DNA from: Desulfurococcaceae archaeon
Lineage (GTDB): Archaea; Thermoproteota; Thermoprotei_A; Sulfolobales; Desulfurococcaceae
Reading direction: 5' to 3'
NCBI GenBank assembly: GCA_038888155.1
Contig: JAWAJB010000004.1
Span: 96,001-160,000 of the forward strand
Length of the DNA stretch: 64,000 nucleotides
Made by a program: the position numbers and the translations under genes. Under the pieces are notes generated by a model, which did no database searches, was not told the origin of the DNA, and saw only the letters and a list, made by a program, of their open reading frames with translations. This document shows, in pieces, positions 42,261 to 51,531 of the stretch. Position 1 is the first letter of the stretch. Each line of letters begins with the position of its first letter.

Positions 42261-42672
42261 TAGAAACTCGAGGACAATAGTTGTTCTCGATACGAATATG
42301 TTGATTTTAATGGCGAGCGGCGTGCCTCTTCTCGACTATATAGAGGAGTCTCTAGAGACCAAGCCCGAGTACGTCGTCTTAAAGCCAGTTTACGATGAGC
42401 TCTTAAAGATATCCAATAAAGAGGGTTCGCTGGACGCTAAACGGGCTTTATTCGCCATTAAGATTGTAGAGGAGTACTGCAAGGTGCTACCATACGATAT
42501 AGGCGGTCAAGAGAGCGTTGACGATGCAATAATAAAGTTCGCCGTGGAGAACAAGGCCATAGTTGCTACTAATGATCGAGCGTTACGGACGCGCCTGAGA
42601 GAGCTTGGAGTGCCTGAGGCGTATTTTAGGGAGGAATCAAGGAGGATTGTTATTGAGGGCTACTATAAATAG
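42250..42672 (+). CDS. PIN-domain protein (Fcf1/Utp24-like)
   Basis: VLDTN, VDDAI, ATNDRAL; conserved position. Confidence 0.88.
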   Translation: MSTSRNSRTIVVLDTNMLILMASGVPLLDYIEESLETKPEYVVLKPVYDELLKISNKEGSLDAKRALFAIKIVEEYCKVLPYDIGGQESVDDAIIKFAVENKAIVATNDRALRTRLRELGVPEAYFREESRRIVIEGYYK

Positions 42673-42711
42673 CTTTAATTACTTTCCAAGATTTTGTCAG
42701 GTGTATAGCTA

Positions 42712-43251
42712 ATGTACGCGCTTATTAAATTGAAGGACTACGTGAGAATTCCACCGGCTAAATTCAACAAGCCTATTGAAAGTGCTACATTAGAGGAGCT
42801 GAGAGCCAAGTACGAAGGTGCTTTGATAAATATTGAAGTAGATAAAAACACGGTAAGCACGGGGATAGTAGTCGCGGTTTTAGACGCTGAAGTGAATTCG
42901 CTAGGAATGTTGATCCCAGGGGACGGCGCGCTATATCATAGAGCTATATTTAATGCCCTCGTGTTTATGCCATTTGAGAAAGAAGTAATAGAGGGAGAGG
43001 TAGTCTCGGTCACAAGAGCGGGAATTTATGTAAACCTCGGCGTTATAGATGGGTTCATCCACATAAACCAGGTAGCAGACGAGAAAGTAGTATTTGACGC
43101 TGCCCGTGGATCCCTTCTTCTCGAGGAAAGCAGAAAATACGTAGAAAAGGGGGATAAAGTAAGGGCAAGAGTATACGTAACTGGAATAATGCCGGGCAAG
43201 GGAATAAGAATACACATGACAATGAGGCAGCCCGGTATGGGAAAGCTCTAG
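42712..43251 (+). CDS. rpoE1: RNA polymerase subunit E' (Rpo7); apparent premature TAG, ancestral end probably 43284
   Basis: VRIPP, IPGDG, EVIEGEV, DGFIHINQV, TMRQPGMGK. Confidence 0.95.
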   Translation: MYALIKLKDYVRIPPAKFNKPIESATLEELRAKYEGALINIEVDKNTVSTGIVVAVLDAEVNSLGMLIPGDGALYHRAIFNALVFMPFEKEVIEGEVVSVTRAGIYVNLGVIDGFIHINQVADEKVVFDAARGSLLLEESRKYVEKGDKVRARVYVTGIMPGKGIRIHMTMRQPGMGKL

Positions 43252-43280
43252 TGGCTTAAAAGCTCACAGGGTGCTTTCAG

Positions 43281-43493
43281 TTGAGCAAGACCTCTAAGAG
43301 CAAGCCCTTCAAGGCGTGCAGGTCATGTAGGGCCCTAGTTGATAAAGACGCAGAGACTTGTCCCAACTGCGGGTCAAAGGATTTCAGCGATGAGTGGGAA
43401 GGAGTAGTCATAGTGATTGAGCCTGAGTCCTCCGAGATAGCTAAAGTCCTCGAGATCAAGTCAAGGGGTAGGTTTGTTGCAAAAGTCGAATAG
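43281..43493 (+). CDS. spt4: Transcription elongation factor Spt4 (RpoE'')
   Basis: KACRSC, CPNCGS, WEGVVIV..PE.SEIA. Confidence 0.95.
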   Translation: MSKTSKSKPFKACRSCRALVDKDAETCPNCGSKDFSDEWEGVVIVIEPESSEIAKVLEIKSRGRFVAKVE

Positions 43494-43989
43494 GGGTAGA
43501 CCAGTAGCAGTTCCCGCTTTAATATTGCCGCCGCACTTAAGGCAAGACCTATCGCTTCCGCAGGGAACGCTTTACGTTCACCCCGAGAGAGGGGTTGTCA
43601 AGGGATTAAGAGTAAAGGTACTAGTTGGAGATGTCGTGTCGACAAGGCACTTTGCAGACATCAAGGTAGTAGATCATAAGACCAAGAGAACAAAGATAGA
43701 TCTAGCGTGGGAGAAGTGCACACATGTATTAAACCCTCCAGGCTCGGTCAGCCTGAACAGCTTAACGATATCGAGCTTGCCTAGAGGGGTAATATGCGTA
43801 CTCGGAGAAGAAGATTTAATCACGCTGTCTTACATGGTTAAGAACCAAGGGAGTATAGCATACGGACAGCCAGATACAGGAGTAGTCGTGGTGGAGCCGC
43901 GCGCTGAAATAGCTTTAAAAGTATTAAAGATACTTAAACCAGGTATAGTACATTACATAATGGCAACAGGAGGCGTTGAGCGTGGTTAA
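43474..43989 (+). CDS. GTP-dependent dephospho-CoA kinase (DUF359)
   Basis: VGDVVS, VVDHKTKR, NPPG, GEEDL, YGQP. Confidence 0.85.
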   Translation: MLQKSNRGRPVAVPALILPPHLRQDLSLPQGTLYVHPERGVVKGLRVKVLVGDVVSTRHFADIKVVDHKTKRTKIDLAWEKCTHVLNPPGSVSLNSLTISSLPRGVICVLGEEDLITLSYMVKNQGSIAYGQPDTGVVVVEPRAEIALKVLKILKPGIVHYIMATGGVERG

Positions 43990-44335
43990 GCGCATAAAAA
44001 TACTCGATAAGTACGATGGCGAGGTTGTAGAGGAGAGGCACAACCCGCTTATTGGGAGAATAGAAGTAGTATTTAAACTAGTTCACATGGGCGAGGGTAC
44101 TCCCAGTAGGGGCGTTCTAAAGAAAGAGCTGGCAAGGCTCTACGGCAAACCATCAGATCTCGTGTACATCAGGAAAGTAGAGACAGAGTATGGAATTTGC
44201 GAAACTACTGTTGAAGCCCACCTGTACGAAAGCGAGGATAGGGCCAAGAAGTTCGAGCCTAACTACCTCGCGAAGCGGGACGAAGAGTCCCTAAGCAAGA
44301 TCACAGATCAGTCGGGCCAGCAGCCCAATCAGTAG
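43976..44335 (+). CDS. rps24e: 30S ribosomal protein S24e
   Basis: NPLIGR.E, H...GTPSR, TEYG. Confidence 0.94.
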   Translation: MSVVKRIKILDKYDGEVVEERHNPLIGRIEVVFKLVHMGEGTPSRGVLKKELARLYGKPSDLVYIRKVETEYGICETTVEAHLYESEDRAKKFEPNYLAKRDEESLSKITDQSGQQPNQ

Positions 44336-44345
44336 AGGTGGTTGA

Positions 44346-44507
44346 ATGCCATATATACACAAACTTTACGAGGTCAAAGCAGACTCGTGGACTATAAAGA
44401 GGAAGAACAAGAAATGCCCAAGATGCGGTTCATTTATGGCATTTCACAAGCAGCCTGCACCTAGGTGGCATTGCGGCAAGTGCAACTACGTGGAGTACTC
44501 TAGGTAG
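44346..44507 (+). CDS. rps27ae: 30S ribosomal protein S27ae (below the ORF-track cutoff)
   Basis: Manual translation MPYIHKLYEV...KKCPRCGSFMAFH...RWHCGKCNYVE; GAGGTG SD. Confidence 0.95.
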   Translation: MPYIHKLYEVKADSWTIKRKNKKCPRCGSFMAFHKQPAPRWHCGKCNYVEYSR

Positions 44508-44549
44508 CGATATAGCCAAACGTATTTTTAGGTTTCATGGCGCCAAACC

Positions 44550-45626
44550 ATGTCATTTTTAAGGAAGAAGTTTAAGCTAGTTGCGCCTGAAGCAAGTGAT
44601 CGTAAAGAAGTAAGGGTCTTGGGAGTAGAGTCCACTAGCCACACGTTGGGCATTGGCGTAGTTGAGTACGCGAATGGCGAGGTGGCGTTCCTAGCTAACG
44701 CGTTCAGTCAGTATAAACCGACTAGCGGAGGAATACACCCGCGCGAGTCGTTCGTCCACCACGTTAACGTAGCTCACGAAGTGCTCTCTACAGCAATTGA
44801 GGAAAGCGGGGTAAACATTGCTGACATTGACGTCTTTGCAGTAGCTGTAGGCCCAGGTCTTGGCCCCTGCCTGAGAGTGGGTGCCAGCCTAGCGCGGTTC
44901 TTGAGCGCATACCTCAACAAGCCTTTAGCACCGGTGAACCACGCTGTTGCGCATATTGAAATAGGCAAGCTTGTAAGCAGTATGAGGGACCCCCTAATTG
45001 TTTACATATCTGGAGGAAACACGATGATCGTAATACAGCGAGGACAACAGTACAGGGTATTCGGCGAGACGCTAGACATACCGCTCGGGAATCTGCTCGA
45101 TTCTTTCGCTAGAGAGGTCGGCATTGCTCCTCCCTATACTGTAGGGGGAGATCACGCGATCGACATATGCTCAGAGTGGGGCGAAAGCTACATCTCCTTG
45201 CCGTATACAGTTAAAGGCTGCGATTTGAGCTTCTCGGGTTTGCTAACAGCTGCACTAAAGGTCGCGAAAACTGCTAGTAAGGACAGAAAAGCTCTTGGAA
45301 ATGTCTGCATGAGCTTACGTGAAACTGCATTTAACATGCTTGTAGAAGTAACAGAGAGAGCATTAATGCTATCAAGTAAGGAGAGCATCCTCCTCGTAGG
45401 AGGTGTGGCGTCGAATAAGCTTCTACGCAGTAAAATGGAGCAAGTGGCGAGATTTCACGGAGTGAGGTATTACGGCACCCCTCCAGAGATAGCAGGCGAT
45501 AATGGCCTTATGATCGCATACGCTGGTCTCTTGCACTACTTATGCGGAAAAGTGAGTAAGCCCGAAGAGGTTGCTGTTAGGCAGAGGCTTAGGCTAGACG
45601 AGGCTACATACCCATGGCTGGCTTAA
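44550..45626 (+). CDS. kae1: KEOPS t6A synthase Kae1
   Basis: GVESTSH, GGIHPRE, GPGLGPCL, HAVAH, SGGNT, DNGLMIA. Confidence 0.96.
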   Translation: MSFLRKKFKLVAPEASDRKEVRVLGVESTSHTLGIGVVEYANGEVAFLANAFSQYKPTSGGIHPRESFVHHVNVAHEVLSTAIEESGVNIADIDVFAVAVGPGLGPCLRVGASLARFLSAYLNKPLAPVNHAVAHIEIGKLVSSMRDPLIVYISGGNTMIVIQRGQQYRVFGETLDIPLGNLLDSFAREVGIAPPYTVGGDHAIDICSEWGESYISLPYTVKGCDLSFSGLLTAALKVAKTASKDRKALGNVCMSLRETAFNMLVEVTERALMLSSKESILLVGGVASNKLLRSKMEQVARFHGVRYYGTPPEIAGDNGLMIAYAGLLHYLCGKVSKPEEVAVRQRLRLDEATYPWLA

Positions 45627-46300
45627 AGACCGCACTGCTAGCTCGCGGAGCAGAGGCTGAGGTCTACACAGCTGATATTCTAGGCTTAAGCGTTATTGTC
45701 AAGAAAAGAGTCAGCAAGCCGTATAGGAGCTCTCAGTTCGATAAAGCTTTCATTCAGTCAAGAACGAGGATTGAGGCGAGAATTCTATCAGAGCTGAGGA
45801 GCTCTGGTTTGAGAGTGCCTGCAGTGCTACTCGTAGACGACGAAAATGGGGTGATAGTAATGGAATACATTAAGGGCGAGAGGCTCTCGAACGTATTTAA
45901 TGTGATGGAGAAAGAACAAGCTGTACAGGTAGCCAAGGAAGCAGGCTTATTTGCTGCCAGAATGCACAGCATGAACATATATCACGGCGACTTCACTCTT
46001 GCAAATATTTTATTGAGTAGCGAAAACCAAGCCCTCTTCGTAATAGATTTCGGCCTCTCAGGCTACAGCACAGATATTGAGGAGTTTGCCATCGACTTGC
46101 ACCTACTAATTAGGAGCGCGTATGTAATTAGCCCAGATACTGCTAGTGTTTTCGCAGATCAACTACTAGAGGAATACGCAAGAAATTTCAGGGATGGGGG
46201 AAGCGATGTTATTAAAAGGGTAGTGGAGATACGTGCAAGGGGAAGGTACGTAGATAGAGAGCTTAGAAAGACAGCAATGAGGGAGAGGTATATTGGCTGA
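45614..46300 (+). CDS. bud32: KEOPS kinase Bud32
   Basis: GAEAE, KxRxxKPYR, HGDFT..N, IDFGL. Confidence 0.93.
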   Translation: MAGLKTALLARGAEAEVYTADILGLSVIVKKRVSKPYRSSQFDKAFIQSRTRIEARILSELRSSGLRVPAVLLVDDENGVIVMEYIKGERLSNVFNVMEKEQAVQVAKEAGLFAARMHSMNIYHGDFTLANILLSSENQALFVIDFGLSGYSTDIEEFAIDLHLLIRSAYVISPDTASVFADQLLEEYARNFRDGGSDVIKRVVEIRARGRYVDRELRKTAMRERYIG

Positions 46301-46856
46301 AGTCTGCTTTGTAACTAGCAACAAGCACAAGTACGAGGAAGTATTAGAGGTAGCTATCCCGCTAAACATTAAGCTTGATTACTGCGGGGACTTGAAGCTA
46401 GAGTTCCAGGGAATAGAGATAGAGGAAATAGTCGCTAAGTCAGCTATGCTAGCATATATCTACCTTAACAGGCCCGTCCTAGTTGAAGATGCTGGCCTAT
46501 TCATAGATGCGCTCAACGGGTTTCCCGGTCCTTACAGCAGTTATGTGTACAAAACAATAGGCATAAGCGGGCTGCTCAAGCTGCTCCAAGGAGAAAGTAA
46601 TAGAAAGGCTCACTTTAAGTCTGCAGCTGCTATTGCACTCAAAAACAAGCTACTGCTCGCCACTGGAGTAGTTTATGGGGAAATAACGCACGAGCCGCGT
46701 GGAGTGCGCGGGTTCGGCTTTGATCCTATATTCGCGCCCGACGGCAAGGAAAAAACATTCGCCGAAATGAGCGTGCTAGAGAAAAACCAATATAGCCATA
46801 GAGCTAAAGCTGTTAGCAGAGTATTCAAAGAGTATTTAAATTTAACTTCTACTTAA
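46293..46856 (+). CDS. rdgB: Non-canonical purine NTP pyrophosphatase (RdgB/HAM1)
   Basis: TSNKHK, EDAGL, GFPGPYS, GFGFDPIF, SHR. Confidence 0.95.
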   Translation: MAEVCFVTSNKHKYEEVLEVAIPLNIKLDYCGDLKLEFQGIEIEEIVAKSAMLAYIYLNRPVLVEDAGLFIDALNGFPGPYSSYVYKTIGISGLLKLLQGESNRKAHFKSAAAIALKNKLLLATGVVYGEITHEPRGVRGFGFDPIFAPDGKEKTFAEMSVLEKNQYSHRAKAVSRVFKEYLNLTST

Positions 46857-46920
46857 AAGCGAGTAATCATAATTTATAAGGCTTGGATAATATTCAACGT
46901 GAAGAGAAGGTGATAAAAGC

Positions 46921-47409
46921 ATGAACAAGAGGAGAGATAAAGGGCAATCGCACTCAACGAGGCCAGCGAGAGCGGGCCCTCCCCGCTGGCTTAAGCTAGA
47001 CATGAGCCCCAGCGATATAGAGCTGCTCGTAGTTGAGCTAGCCAAAAAAGGCTATCCCCCCTCTATGATAGGCGTTATCTTGAGGGATCAGTTTGGCATC
47101 CCATTGGTTAGACAGGTAATAGGAAAGAAAGTCGGAGATGTACTAGGAAAGTACAACATCAAGTTAACGATACCAGAGGACTTATTCAACTTAATGAAGA
47201 AGGCTGCCAACCTGAGAAGGCACTTAGAAGAGCACCCAAAGGACTACCACAGCGAGCGGGGTCTAATAGAGGTGGAGTCCAAGATCCACAGGCTAGCTAA
47301 GTACTACAAGGAGAGCGGCAAGTTGCCAGCAGATTGGAGGTATGATCCAGACATGGCCAAGCTCATAATTTCCACGGGACTTTATAAGCTCTCAGAGACA
47401 ACGCAGTAG
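46921..47409 (+). CDS. rps15: 30S ribosomal protein S15 (S13e)
   Basis: [26 protein letters not shown]; TTTATAAG at 46873. Confidence 0.97.
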   Translation: MNKRRDKGQSHSTRPARAGPPRWLKLDMSPSDIELLVVELAKKGYPPSMIGVILRDQFGIPLVRQVIGKKVGDVLGKYNIKLTIPEDLFNLMKKAANLRRHLEEHPKDYHSERGLIEVESKIHRLAKYYKESGKLPADWRYDPDMAKLIISTGLYKLSETTQ

Positions 47410-47466
47410 GGATCGCCACGATAAAGCTTATGTCTCGGAGCCCCTGTATATGAGTATGGTGGTTCT

Positions 47467-48597
47467 TTGTTTCATTCTGAGCTCCCTAGCTTCATTGAGA
47501 CGTACAAGAGCTTCACCATAGTGCCAGATACTTCCTTAGACTCCCTCATTGCAGCGGGAATTTTGTTTAAGAAGCTCTCAGAGCACGGCTTTGACGTGAG
47601 CATATCATTGAACGCAAAGCTGCTCTTAGATTACCGGGATGACCCAGCAATAGTTATAAATATCCCCCCGGTGAACAAGCAGAAACACGTCTACTTGGGA
47701 ACAAGCGATAAAAGCTCTGTTTCAGCGCAAGTGACATACCTGCTTGATGAACTAATGGGCATGGACGTATGGGATAAAGAGCTCTCCATTATTGCTGGGC
47801 TGTACAGGGGTCTTTATGACGTCAAATCGGGGGTTTTTACAGGAATTGAGGATGTCTTCCTAAAGGAGCTAATAAGCAACAAGGCTATCTACGAGGTGAC
47901 AGGGCTTAGATTGTGGGGGGCTAAGAGAAGGGGAATCGTGAGTGCCCTAACAAGAACACTTCTCCCTTACATACCTGGAGTGTCGGGAAACGCCGATGTC
48001 TCAGTAAAGCTGGTATCGGAAGTCTACAAAGGAGTTGACCCCTACACTATTAGGCAGAAAGAACTGACTGGGGACAGGGATAAAGACTCGCTGTTTACCC
48101 TCATAAAAATTATAGTCGACAGCACTAAAGACCCGCAACTAGCATTTAAGCTAATAGGAGACTTCTACGTGTCAATCCCAGGCTTAAGTGAAGCTGCTGA
48201 TCTGGAGGCCCACGAAGTTATGGGAAGCCTCGTTGTCTATGAAAGTATATGTGAAAACTGTCCGCTAGATCTAGCGCTTCTGCCAATTGAAAGATCTATT
48301 TTGCCCCAAGTTATATGTATATATGATGAAGTGGCAGATCAGGTGGCCCTTCACGTGTCATCGCAGCTAGACAGCGTAACTAAGGGAGGCTCTATTGAGA
48401 GCAACGACATCTTTAAGCGCCCCGATTTAATTGTCGACATACTGCAGTACATGAACGCTCTACCGCCAGGCCGAGTAATTAAGTTATCTGCCGATCAAGG
48501 CTATATTACGTCTCTCCGCGAACTGATTAGAGCAGGCGTCAAGCCAGAAGAGGCCTACACTGCTTGCGGGGATAACCAGTTATGCCCTGTGGAGTAG
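47467..48597 (+). CDS. Degenerate DHH/RecJ(GAN)-like protein, probably nuclease-inactive
   Basis: Sits in the rps15-recJ-pcc1-rps3ae position; DTSLDSLIAAGIL replaces DxDG motif I; PYIPGVSG; no DHH. Confidence 0.6.
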   Translation: MFHSELPSFIETYKSFTIVPDTSLDSLIAAGILFKKLSEHGFDVSISLNAKLLLDYRDDPAIVINIPPVNKQKHVYLGTSDKSSVSAQVTYLLDELMGMDVWDKELSIIAGLYRGLYDVKSGVFTGIEDVFLKELISNKAIYEVTGLRLWGAKRRGIVSALTRTLLPYIPGVSGNADVSVKLVSEVYKGVDPYTIRQKELTGDRDKDSLFTLIKIIVDSTKDPQLAFKLIGDFYVSIPGLSEAADLEAHEVMGSLVVYESICENCPLDLALLPIERSILPQVICIYDEVADQVALHVSSQLDSVTKGGSIESNDIFKRPDLIVDILQYMNALPPGRVIKLSADQGYITSLRELIRAGVKPEEAYTACGDNQLCPVE

Positions 48598-48887
48598 ATA
48601 CAACGATTACGATCAGCACAGGTGATTTAGACTTATTGAGCTCTCTACGTAGAGCACTAGGTCCCGATAATAGAGAGGTTGCACCCAACATGAGCATTGA
48701 GGAGCTCTTAGAGACAGACGGGGAAAAGCCCTCTTACTCGATTAGAATAAAGGTTCGAGGAAATACCGCAGATTCCTTGAAGAGGGCTAGATCCAGCGTT
48801 GATGAGATCCTAGCCATCGTTGACCTTTTGCTCAAAGTGAAATCGCGATGTTTTAAAGGGAAGGAGCCCAGCGGACAACTTATTTAA
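48582..48887 (+). CDS. pcc1: KEOPS Pcc1-family protein
   Basis: ALGPDN, SLKRARSSVDEIL; conserved position. Confidence 0.75.
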   Translation: MPCGVDTTITISTGDLDLLSSLRRALGPDNREVAPNMSIEELLETDGEKPSYSIRIKVRGNTADSLKRARSSVDEILAIVDLLLKVKSRCFKGKEPSGQLI

Positions 48888-48964
48888 TGGGGGAAACATT
48901 TAATAATCCTTTTAAGAAGTAAATAGCTATCTCAGTAGTAGGATAAGAGAGGTGCCTAGTAAGC

Positions 48965-49612
48965 TTGTCTACACGGCCTGTTGTTAGAGATAGGTGGAAA
49001 GTAAAGAAATGGTACGAAGTCTTAGCCCCAGAGTCCTTTGGGAGAATTAGCCTCGGCACTATTCCTTCCGACGACCCCGATAAGCTCATTGGCAGAGTTA
49101 TCGAGACAACCCTGTACGACATTACAGGCGATATTTCACAGGTTCACGTTAAGATGTATTTTCAAATAATAAGCGTCGAGGGAGGCAAAGCCCTCACGAG
49201 GTTTAAGGGTCACGAGCTGGCTAGGGATTACGTTAGAAGCTTGATTCGGAGAAAAAGCAGCAAGATACAGGGCATATACGATGTAAAGACTAAAGACGGC
49301 TACTATATCAGGGTTACGGTAATAATTCTCACAAGCTACAAGTGTAAAACGAGCCAGAAACAGGCTATTAGGAGGGCTGCAATGGAGCTTGTTACTCAAA
49401 AAGCCTCAGAGCTCTCATTTGATGAGTTCGCTCAGGATGTCCTCAGAGGTAACTTATCTAATGAAATTGCCGAGCGCACTAGAAAGATATACCCAGTTAG
49501 GAGAGTGGAGATATATAAAACCAAGTTGCAAATGATACCTACCCCTGATGGACCTAAACCTGCAGTAGTCATATCTCCAGTGCAGCTAAAACGCCAACAG
49601 GCCAGCAGATAA
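48965..49612 (+). CDS. rps3ae: 30S ribosomal protein S3Ae
   Basis: DRWKVKKWY, GRVIETTLYDITGD, RDYVRSLIRR. Confidence 0.97.
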   Translation: MSTRPVVRDRWKVKKWYEVLAPESFGRISLGTIPSDDPDKLIGRVIETTLYDITGDISQVHVKMYFQIISVEGGKALTRFKGHELARDYVRSLIRRKSSKIQGIYDVKTKDGYYIRVTVIILTSYKCKTSQKQAIRRAAMELVTQKASELSFDEFAQDVLRGNLSNEIAERTRKIYPVRRVEIYKTKLQMIPTPDGPKPAVVISPVQLKRQQASR

Positions 49613-49888
49613 AGCCTCATGTGAGATTGGCGTATAAAGGGAGTTTAAGCTCCTAATTTACTATTTAGGTTCTCAATTAAGCGTTCTACCAGCAGATAGT
49701 GCCTCCTAGCAAATTAAGCAGCTTATGTTCAGGGGTTACATAACTCACTTTACGAGATTTTCAATAAATTAGTTATTTGAAATCGCGCTAGAAATACGCT
49801 GTAGTATCCAGCGCGAAACGAGCATGAATAATTAATTAGCTTGCCTTTCGGTTGTTTTTACGTGGTATAAGTTAGGGGGTTTAAGATC

Positions 49889-51130
49889 GTGAAGGCTATA
49901 CTGCTGGCTGCTGGAGAGGGCACGAGGTTGCGACCTATCACTGAAACTCGCCCCAAACCTATGATCCCCATTTTATGTAGGCCGCTAATAGATTGGCACC
50001 TTAGTGCTCTACTCAACTCAGGTGTAGAGGAGGTAATTGTAGTTGTAAGCTACATGAGAGATCACGTCAAGAAGTACATAGAGCAGAAACAGCAGTTTAA
50101 TGGAAAGGTGAGATTTGTTTTCCAAGAGGAACCTAGGGGAACTGGAGATGCAGCAATAAAGGCCAGCGAAGTGATAGGGCCTGGCGAAGACGTTATAGTT
50201 CTTTACTCAGATATTTTCTTAGATGACTGGAGCACTCTGAGCACTGTAGGGAGTACTGAGAGCCAGGCTATTGTAGGAGTTATCCACGAGAGGCCGCAGG
50301 ACTATGGCGTTATATTCACGAGAGGATCTCGCCTCGACAAAGTCGTCGAGAAACCCAGCGCGCCTGCATCGAACATAATCAACGCAGGGATTTACAGGCT
50401 TAACACAAGCGACATCCTAGAGAACAGAGCAGTCCCCGTAAGCCCGCGAGGAGAAATAGAGCTAACTGATATCGTAAATAGAATAGCCACTGAGAAACCA
50501 ATAACTGTTGTAACTCACACTAGTAAGTGGATAGATATTGGTAAACCGTGGCATGTAATAGAGGCAAATAAAGTCGCGCTCAGTAAAGTTAACCGCGCAA
50601 TTAAGGGCACATTAAACGAGCCCGTCAACATCAAGGGCAATGTATACGTTGACGAGCGCTCTACTATACACCCCTTTACAAGCGTTGAAGGGCCGGCCTA
50701 CATAGGACCGGGAGTCGAGATCGGGCCAAGCGCTTACATTAGGCCGTGGAGTGTTATCTGCGATGGCTCCAAAATAGGTTTTTCTGTAGAAGTAAAGGAG
50801 AGCATACTGCTTGAAAATATTCACGTTCACCACCTAGCTTATATAGGCGATAGCATTATCTGCGAAGGCGTTAACCTTGGCGCCGGAACTGTGCTAGCCA
50901 ATTTGAGGTTCGATGAAAAACCAGTTAAGATGACCATAAAGGGAGCGCTCGAGGACACTGGTAGAAGAAAGATGGGGGCTGTAATAGGAGCTGGGGTTAA
51001 AACTGGCATTAACGTATCTATAATGCCCGGCGTGAAAATAGGGTCCTACAGTTGGATAATGCCTGGCACAGTGGTCTATAGAGATGTGCCCTCAAACACA
51101 ATATATCCCCCTAAAGCAATAGTGAGATAG
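49889..51130 (+). CDS. glmU: Bifunctional sugar-1-phosphate nucleotidyltransferase/acetyltransferase (GlmU-like)
   Basis: LAAGEGTRLRP...PKP, VEKP, RGEIELTD, hexapeptide repeats. Confidence 0.9.
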   Translation: MKAILLAAGEGTRLRPITETRPKPMIPILCRPLIDWHLSALLNSGVEEVIVVVSYMRDHVKKYIEQKQQFNGKVRFVFQEEPRGTGDAAIKASEVIGPGEDVIVLYSDIFLDDWSTLSTVGSTESQAIVGVIHERPQDYGVIFTRGSRLDKVVEKPSAPASNIINAGIYRLNTSDILENRAVPVSPRGEIELTDIVNRIATEKPITVVTHTSKWIDIGKPWHVIEANKVALSKVNRAIKGTLNEPVNIKGNVYVDERSTIHPFTSVEGPAYIGPGVEIGPSAYIRPWSVICDGSKIGFSVEVKESILLENIHVHHLAYIGDSIICEGVNLGAGTVLANLRFDEKPVKMTIKGALEDTGRRKMGAVIGAGVKTGINVSIMPGVKIGSYSWIMPGTVVYRDVPSNTIYPPKAIVR

Positions 51131-51133
51131 GGA

Positions 51134-51526
51134 ATGAAAACCGTGTCCCAGGAGTTCGACTTAGAGGAATTCAAGAAGAGGTTTCCCAAGCTAGCTGAAG
51201 AAATCTTCGGCGACAAGGGAGACCAGCCCAATCAAATCAAGCTTACAGTTGACGTTGAGGCGCTCGACCCCTGGAGAGGGTATATTCCAACTTCCGTGGA
51301 TTACATAAGGAGGTGCAACACCGTTGAAGAGGCGAATGAAGTTATTGACTACCTCCTCAGAAGAGGCGAGCTTTCTGAGCCAGAAGCAGAGAAGCTGAGG
51401 GAGATTCTCAGGAGAGGAGGTATAGATGCCTTTGGCGGAAAGAAAGAGGACAACTACTACTATAAACAAGCTAAGCGCTACTGGAGCATGATTAGAAAGC
51501 TAATTGACCAAGAAGCAGAGGCGTAA
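51134..51526 (+). CDS. DUF2095 family protein
   Basis: EFKKRFP.LA.E, DYIRRC.T.EEA.EVI.YL..RGE. Confidence 0.8.
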   Translation: MKTVSQEFDLEEFKKRFPKLAEEIFGDKGDQPNQIKLTVDVEALDPWRGYIPTSVDYIRRCNTVEEANEVIDYLLRRGELSEPEAEKLREILRRGGIDAFGGKKEDNYYYKQAKRYWSMIRKLIDQEAEA

Positions 51527-51531
51527 GCTGA

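Noticed and set aside
43249-43251. Genome-wide TAG reassignment such as pyrrolysine
   Set aside because: Many conserved genes end at TAG at their normal C-termini, and no pyl genes are seen here.
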